DNA of 32,000 nucleotides from Candidatus Thorarchaeota archaeon (GTDB lineage: Archaea > Asgardarchaeota > Thorarchaeia > Thorarchaeales > Thorarchaeaceae): positions 1 to 32,000 of the forward strand of contig PRDJ01000067.1 of the NCBI GenBank assembly GCA_003345555.1. Reading direction: 5' to 3'. The first letter of the stretch is position 1. Every line of letters starts with the position of its first letter. Of the stretch, positions 26,326 through 32,000 are shown one piece after another. A program made the translations under genes and the position numbers. Under the pieces are notes generated by a model that made no database searches, had not been told where the DNA came from, and saw only the letters and a list, made by a program, of their open reading frames with translations.

Positions 26326-27723
26326 ATGGGCAATGTCACCTTGGATGTGTGCCGAGGAAACGAAAAGGGGTCCATTGAGGTACCCGACGAGTCAGTATAC
26401 CTTGGTGCTCAAGGGTTGACATCTATCGACCTGCGCCCACTCTCAGAGTCAGGAAAACTGCAGAATCTGTGGTTATATAATAACCAAATCAGTAGCTTGG
26501 ACCTGACGCCTCTGGCTTCCTGCTCTCGCCTCCGTTCTCTTTCCTTGCGGGACAACTGTCTCGACTCACTGGATTTGGTGCCACTTCAGAAATGTGCTCG
26601 GCTTGAAGATCTCGACTTGTCAGATAATAGAATGACAGCAGTAGACCTTGGACCTCTTGGCAGCTGTAGCAACCTCCACCGTCTCGATATCAGCGGCAAT
26701 TCCCTCAATCGAATTGTGTTACAACCCTTGGTTTCCTGTTCAAGTCTCAGAGCCCTAACAATGGGACAATCCGAATCGGGTTCTCCGGAGTCTGCCAAGC
26801 CAGAGGGAGGCATGGATATGAAACAGGGTTCTGATTCTCATCTTGCTGAGGCTGTTGATGTAAGTCCGTTGTTCTGGTGCGATCAGTTGTCCGCCGTCAC
26901 GGTCAGAGGGGAAGTCGGTCTGACGCTGGACCCTGCTCTCTGGTACATCGGGGCAGCAAAGGTCTTTTCAAACACGGAGATGGTGACATCTGCTCTGCAC
27001 GATAAGTCCTCTCCGATATTAGCTTGGATGAACAAGTCGCTATTCTCTAGGTTGGGGCCTCTCAGCTATGAAGCAGTCGTCACTCAGACCAGTACTCAAG
27101 CACTTCAAACCATGATTACTGGCAACATCAGGAAAGTGTCAAAGAGGTACTGGTTTCATGCACAAAAGGGTCTGCTCGAAGGGTTTGCGCTGCGAGAGCT
27201 TTCAGGATATGATGGTAACCCGCTATCTATCTTGGACCTGCCATCCTGCCCCCAAGAGTACGCTTCACTTAGGACTGCCTTGCGGAGCCATGTTGTAGAG
27301 TTAGTTCGCAAGCAGATTGCTGCAGGTGGGCCCACGCTATTCATAGACGTTGACGCTTTGCTCACCGACGATGAATCAACGTTGGCTGAGGCGGTCGTAC
27401 GGGCTAGGCGGGAGGAAATTGACAGACTAAGTGTGCCAACTGATGGGCATTTCGCGGACATCAGCCGACTAATCGTAACAAGCTATGGGCATTCAATTGT
27501 CAGGGCTCTAGGCGAACAGCGGATGAGGATCCCTTTGATGGATTTCGAAAAGGTTCTCGCTGCCCTAAGAGATTCAGGGTTTAGTATCAAGAGTGACCGT
27601 GGAAAGCCTGGTAGATTCAGGCTCCCTGTTGCCCCAAAGGTTTCTGGTAGCCTGATCAGTTTCGTTGTCGAAAGCAGTCTAGACCTCTTGCCATCGAGAC
27701 CAGCGACTATCACGAATACTTGA
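26326..27723 (+). CDS. Leucine-rich-repeat protein with uncharacterised C-terminal domain
   Basis: About five 22-aa repeats LxxLxLxxNxLxxLDLxPLxxC in the N-terminal third. Confidence 0.85.
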   Translation: MGNVTLDVCRGNEKGSIEVPDESVYLGAQGLTSIDLRPLSESGKLQNLWLYNNQISSLDLTPLASCSRLRSLSLRDNCLDSLDLVPLQKCARLEDLDLSDNRMTAVDLGPLGSCSNLHRLDISGNSLNRIVLQPLVSCSSLRALTMGQSESGSPESAKPEGGMDMKQGSDSHLAEAVDVSPLFWCDQLSAVTVRGEVGLTLDPALWYIGAAKVFSNTEMVTSALHDKSSPILAWMNKSLFSRLGPLSYEAVVTQTSTQALQTMITGNIRKVSKRYWFHAQKGLLEGFALRELSGYDGNPLSILDLPSCPQEYASLRTALRSHVVELVRKQIAAGGPTLFIDVDALLTDDESTLAEAVVRARREEIDRLSVPTDGHFADISRLIVTSYGHSIVRALGEQRMRIPLMDFEKVLAALRDSGFSIKSDRGKPGRFRLPVAPKVSGSLISFVVESSLDLLPSRPATITNT

Positions 27724-27743
27724 CGAAGCGGCCCGAAGAACTG

Positions 27744-28682
27744 TTAGGAGAGCTTCAGATCATCTGATTGAGGAGTCTGTTCGCTCTGAACCGGAGCGAT
27801 TCGTTCAATTTGGACTTCTCGGGCCCCAAGTCGTCTGGCAAGGCGTCGAACGATATTGGTCGTCCAGCCCAGCGTAAGCTCATTGAGTATAATGACAGGC
27901 ATTACGAAAGACATAATCAGTAGGGGAAGCCCTATTGTCGTGAAAACACTGAGCGCTATGTTCGGGGCGGTCATTGGCTGTGCCATCAAGAAGAAAGGTC
28001 GATAGAAGTAGCGGAAGAACATCGTGATAGGATAGCCCAGGAGAGCAAACCCACCAATATAGCTGTTGTACCAGCGGCCAACCCCCTCCGTATCAGGGGG
28101 ACGGCGATTCTCAAGCTGCTTTGGCTTGAGATGACTAACGATGCCGCTATCATCCAGGGCCCAAGTCGGCATGAGAATCGCGAGGGCTACGGGAAGAACG
28201 ACCATTGAAGACAAGAGAGAAAGCAGAGGGTCTAGTACCGTCGTCGCCAAAACTCCGGTAATAGTTGAATCCGATTGAAAGGGCCAGTTGTTGACAAAAC
28301 TAAGTAGAAGGTCTCCAGAAGAAAGAGCAAACATGGCAGGCACCACAGCACGTCTCGTCATTCGAAAGCCTCCGAACCTCGTTCCCAATGTCATAACGCT
28401 TTGAGTGTACGCCGTTGTCTTGACAAGTCTGTTCGCCACCAGCATCAAACATGCTAACGGGACCGTAAGAATGAGGAACTCAACTAGATACAGGGGGATA
28501 ACAACTAATAGAAGGGTCCTTGCGTCCGAAGGCGTGGGACCTGCGACTACGGGCAGCAGATTGTAGCCTGGCTTTGCTGCGAATAGCCGCTCTGACATAC
28601 CATTGACGACAAGAACAGTCAGAGTCAATCCGACCACTATGAATAGAAACGGCAGGAGGAACCGCTTACTTTGTGAAGACAT
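27744..28682 (-). CDS. Hypothetical multi-pass membrane protein
   Basis: 312-aa ORF with about 6-7 hydrophobic segments. No family recognised. Confidence 0.7.
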   Translation of the reverse strand: MSSQSKRFLLPFLFIVVGLTLTVLVVNGMSERLFAAKPGYNLLPVVAGPTPSDARTLLLVVIPLYLVEFLILTVPLACLMLVANRLVKTTAYTQSVMTLGTRFGGFRMTRRAVVPAMFALSSGDLLLSFVNNWPFQSDSTITGVLATTVLDPLLSLLSSMVVLPVALAILMPTWALDDSGIVSHLKPKQLENRRPPDTEGVGRWYNSYIGGFALLGYPITMFFRYFYRPFFLMAQPMTAPNIALSVFTTIGLPLLIMSFVMPVIILNELTLGWTTNIVRRLARRLGAREVQIERIAPVQSEQTPQSDDLKLS

Positions 28683-28788
28683 GCAGATACCATACCAGAA
28701 ACCGTACGGTGCTAATCTAAGGGTTGTTGTGATGAACCGACATGCTTGCTCTTTTCAGGTCAAAGCACATCTTAGTGCGAATCTCAGT

Positions 28789-29574
28789 CTATCGGCCCGT
28801 AGTAGTGAAGCGGGGATCTCCACGGAACAGGTCTTCAGACACTGCCCTCACAATATCCCTCGCCGCACCGGGTTCAGATTCATACTTGACGCCCCGGATT
28901 AGAGCTACAGGAATTCCTTCATCGGCTTGTCCCATGACGAGCTCTGCTGCTTCTGCGAGTTCATCAGCCAAACAAACAAGCGATGAAGTCAAGTGACGTC
29001 CGTACAAATCCTCCTTTCCGGCATTCCGGAAAAACGGAGACATTCCTGCGACACCGATAGCTGCATTCACGGCGCCTAGTCGCCAAGGTCTTCCGTGTGT
29101 ATCCGTGATGATGACGGGCATATGCACTCCCAATTCCTTGGACAGGCGATAATGGAGTCTTCGAGCTGACTCATCGGGGTCGGCTGGTAACGCTATGTAG
29201 CTCCCTAGTGGGGCATTCTTCTGATCTACTCCAGAAAAGTCTGTGACAATCCCCTGCTTGGTCTTGGTAATGAGAACGGGCTCTTCACGGATGACTTCTA
29301 CTGCCTCCCTCAGAGCGACTTCCACCTTCTGAGCGCTCCTGCCAGTTGTCGCCGCGATCTGCGTCGCCTTTGCTGAGGGCTCGATCTCGGCATTGTAAAA
29401 GACTCGGCCTTCAGCCATCGAGACAATGGAATGCGTTACGACGAGTACGTCGCCGGGGCGCGGTCTAATGCGAGGCCGCCTGAAAGCTTTCATGATAACG
29501 GAGGCGAGATCGTCGCCAGGTTCTATGATTGGGATTCCTGTCAGCGGTACTATCTCCAAGCTATGCGCAGTCAT
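28789..29574 (-). CDS. cofE: Coenzyme F420-0:L-glutamate ligase
   Basis: GIPIIEPGDDL, SGVDQKN, LPADPDESA, VIITDTHGRPWRLG, ADELA..A.LVMGQADEG.P. Confidence 0.88.
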   Translation of the reverse strand: MTAHSLEIVPLTGIPIIEPGDDLASVIMKAFRRPRIRPRPGDVLVVTHSIVSMAEGRVFYNAEIEPSAKATQIAATTGRSAQKVEVALREAVEVIREEPVLITKTKQGIVTDFSGVDQKNAPLGSYIALPADPDESARRLHYRLSKELGVHMPVIITDTHGRPWRLGAVNAAIGVAGMSPFFRNAGKEDLYGRHLTSSLVCLADELAEAAELVMGQADEGIPVALIRGVKYESEPGAARDIVRAVSEDLFRGDPRFTTTGR

Positions 29575-29591
29575 GTGGGTCTCACCCTTCG

Positions 29592-30260
29592 CTAGTCAGA
29601 AGCGGAGTCTTGTGCTCTGTTCCGTTGCATCTCCTCAGAGCTGAGCTCCAGAATCCTCCTCGATTCGGCGTATGCACCATCCCCAAGTCCCGCCTGAGCA
29701 GCCAGTCTCTGGGGTATCAGGCTGTAGAAAGTGAATCCCCCCGCGATGTTGATGACGGCTTGGACAACGTTCCAAGGAACTATCAATACTGACAATGCAT
29801 ATGCCGCTTGCGGCGTGAGTGCGTAGAACACGGGCAGAAGTGCCGTGTTGACAAAGAACATGCCAACTGCTCTAAATGCGCAGCCAAAGATCAAGTACAG
29901 TGTCAGCTTCACAATCCGGTTCTTGCTCTTTCTCGCTCCTAGTAACCAAGCCGTGGCCATCCCTATCAACATGAGTGACTCTGCGGACACCTTGAATATG
30001 GCACCTGCGGGATTTCGATATCCTATTGAAATCCACATGACCGCCACAGAGAAAAACGAGTACACTATCCCCAGGCCTTGAAAGACTATCACGATGAGAA
30101 TGCCTGTCCAGTCGATGTTCATCCCGACTACTCCGGTCTTGAAGGTCGTCACCCCGACGATGGGGACGACCTGAGATGCAGCAACCATGGCCGTGAAAAC
30201 AGCAAGAAGCGATATGCTCTTGGAATCTTTTCTAATCGGATGTCTTTCAAACCAAGTCAT
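29592..30260 (-). CDS. ECF transporter S-component-like membrane protein
   Basis: About 6 TM, ISLLAVFTAM...IDWTGIL..., IVPWNVVQAVIN. Start likely ATG 30260. Confidence 0.55.
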   Translation of the reverse strand: MTWFERHPIRKDSKSISLLAVFTAMVAASQVVPIVGVTTFKTGVVGMNIDWTGILIVIVFQGLGIVYSFFSVAVMWISIGYRNPAGAIFKVSAESLMLIGMATAWLLGARKSKNRIVKLTLYLIFGCAFRAVGMFFVNTALLPVFYALTPQAAYALSVLIVPWNVVQAVINIAGGFTFYSLIPQRLAAQAGLGDGAYAESRRILELSSEEMQRNRAQDSASD

Positions 30261-30430
30261 CGCCGATGCCTTCTCGCCAACACTAGACCTGACCAATAAC
30301 GGGCTCGTTCGCGTTGAGGCGTCGTAACTCGATTAAAACCCACCGATGTATTCTGTTCCTATTCATTACATGCCGTTGTGCAGGCAAAGCTTTTCACTAG
30401 GCGCGTTTTCTGAAAGGTAAGTGAACTGGA

Positions 30431-32000
30431 ATGTTTCTTACTCGCCGCGAGAGTTACCCTCTTGACCAGATGATAGATGTAGCTGCCGGAAGAACACGAG
30501 CCGACCTAGTACTCAAGAACGGGTCTGTTGTCAACGTCTTCACAGGAGAGGTCAGCGAAGGAGACGTTGCTATTCATGGGGGGTTCATTGCGGGTGTCGG
30601 ACAATATGTCGGCAACGAGGTCATCGATATCAAAGGGAGATACGTCGCGCCTTCTTTCATCGATGGACATGTTCACATCGAGTCATCCATGGTGATGCCC
30701 ATGGAATTTGCCAGGGCGGTCGTTCCTCATGGCACAGGAGCGGTCGTCGCGGATCCCCATGAAATCGCCAATGTTCTTGGCATGGAAGGCATCATGTACA
30801 TGAGCAAGAGCATGAGAGGAGGACCGCTCGAAGTCTACGTGATGCTTCCGTCGTGTGTGCCGTCGACAGAGTTCGAAACGAGTGGTGTGTCACTTGACTC
30901 CCTTGACATCCAGCCATTGATGACAGAGTCCTATGTTCTCGGACTCGCTGAGGTGATGAACTACCCGGGAGTAGTATACAAAGACCCCCAGATCCTCGAT
31001 AAGATACGTGTGTCGCTGAAGCTCGGCAAAAGAATCGACGGGCACTGCCCGCAAATCGCGGGGTCTGACCTGATGGCATATAGTGCCGCCAGAATATCTT
31101 CAGACCATGAGTGTACTTCTTTTGACGAAGCCAAACGGAAGCTTGGAGTCGGGATGCACATCCATATCAGGGAAGGCTCGACAGCGAAGAATCTGCATGA
31201 CCTCGCTCCTCTCGTTACTCCACAGACTGCCATGTCATGCAGCTTTGTTACTGACGACCGAAACACATTGGACCTTATGACCAAGGGCCATATTGACAGT
31301 ATGATCAGGGAGGCCATCAAGATTGGAGTCGACCCTGTCGTCGCAATCAAGGTGGCGACCCTATCAACTGCTTGCCATTATGGTTTGCGATATCTTGGTG
31401 CCGTTGCACCAGGCTATGTTGCAGACCTTGTGGTTCTGGATTCTCTAGACCTCATTGGTGTTGACATGGTATTCAAGCAAGGAGTGCTCGTGGCAAAGGA
31501 TGGCAAAATGGTTGACACATTTGGAATTCAGGAACAGCCCAGATTGCGTAGGTCCGTCAACATCCATTTCCTAGAACCCAAGGACTTCCAAGTCAAGGCT
31601 CGCGGTCCTACCATGAACGTGATAGGAATGATACCGAACCAGATTGTGACCAAGAGGTTGATAGAGGCGCCGAGGGTGATTGAAGGGTTCGTTGTACCGG
31701 ATATAGACAGGGATATTGCGAAGGTAGCCATCATAGAACGGCACAACGCCACAGAGCCACGTGCAATAGGATTCGTAAAAGGAATGGGAATCAAGGAAGG
31801 AGCGATGGTTTCGTCGATAGCTCACGACAGTCACAATATAGTCGCCGTTGCCACAAACGACCACGACCTCATAGAGGCTGCAGTGCAGATTGTTAGGATG
31901 CAGGGGGGCCTAGCAATTGTCCGCGATGGAGAGGTACTGGCTTCGTTGCCGTTGCCGATTGCCGGGTTGATGTCAGACAGGCACATTGAGGAAGTCACTG
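30431..32000 (+). CDS. ade: Adenine deaminase (3'-truncated by the window edge)
   Basis: ATG 30431, ADLVLKNGSVVNV, FIDGHVHIESSM, DGHCP, DHE, TDDR, APGYVADLV, SIAHDSHN. No stop in the window, so it is absent from the ORF track. Confidence 0.93.
   Translation, partial: MFLTRRESYPLDQMIDVAAGRTRADLVLKNGSVVNVFTGEVSEGDVAIHGGFIAGVGQYVGNEVIDIKGRYVAPSFIDGHVHIESSMVMPMEFARAVVPHGTGAVVADPHEIANVLGMEGIMYMSKSMRGGPLEVYVMLPSCVPSTEFETSGVSLDSLDIQPLMTESYVLGLAEVMNYPGVVYKDPQILDKIRVSLKLGKRIDGHCPQIAGSDLMAYSAARISSDHECTSFDEAKRKLGVGMHIHIREGSTAKNLHDLAPLVTPQTAMSCSFVTDDRNTLDLMTKGHIDSMIREAIKIGVDPVVAIKVATLSTACHYGLRYLGAVAPGYVADLVVLDSLDLIGVDMVFKQGVLVAKDGKMVDTFGIQEQPRLRRSVNIHFLEPKDFQVKARGPTMNVIGMIPNQIVTKRLIEAPRVIEGFVVPDIDRDIAKVAIIERHNATEPRAIGFVKGMGIKEGAMVSSIAHDSHNIVAVATNDHDLIEAAVQIVRMQGGLAIVRDGEVLASLPLPIAGLMSDRHIEEVT

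Noticed and set aside
1-32000. Remaining short overlapping ORFs in the track; CRISPR arrays, tRNA/rRNA genes and transposases
   Set aside because: The short ORFs are shadows of well-supported genes. No spaced repeats, cloverleaf or transposase motifs were seen by eye, though tRNAscan-SE and Infernal were not run.

Overview
Archaeal chromosomal region, most consistent with an Asgard archaeon such as Thorarchaeota. This is an inference from GGTGA-type Shine-Dalgarno sites, a TFB homologue, CofE, a PIP-box DinB and an LDLxPL-type LRR protein. In order: (1) a tightly coupled minus-strand gene string at the left edge containing a 5'-truncated, frameshifted TFB/TFIIB-like gene that the ORF track splits; (2) EamA transporter, serine-racemase-like PLP enzyme, flavodoxin-fold protein, CDGSH Fe-S protein, HD hydrolase, DinB and an ABC-2 exporter whose ATPase has a Rho-N-like N-terminal extension; (3) a PAS-PAS histidine kinase fused to a C-terminal CxxC thioredoxin-like domain, next to DsrE, a membrane protein and TusA (candidate sulfur/redox sensing locus); (4) YbjN-like, PH-domain and RHH genes; (5) a catabolic cluster with two 4-hydroxybutyryl-CoA dehydratase paralogues flanking a Liv-type ABC importer, HEAT-repeat and acyl-CoA ligase operon; (6) LRR protein, membrane protein, cofE, ECF S-component-like protein and an adenine deaminase running off the right end. 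No rRNA, tRNA, CRISPR array or intact transposase was seen. All homology calls come from motifs recognised by eye, not from database searches.
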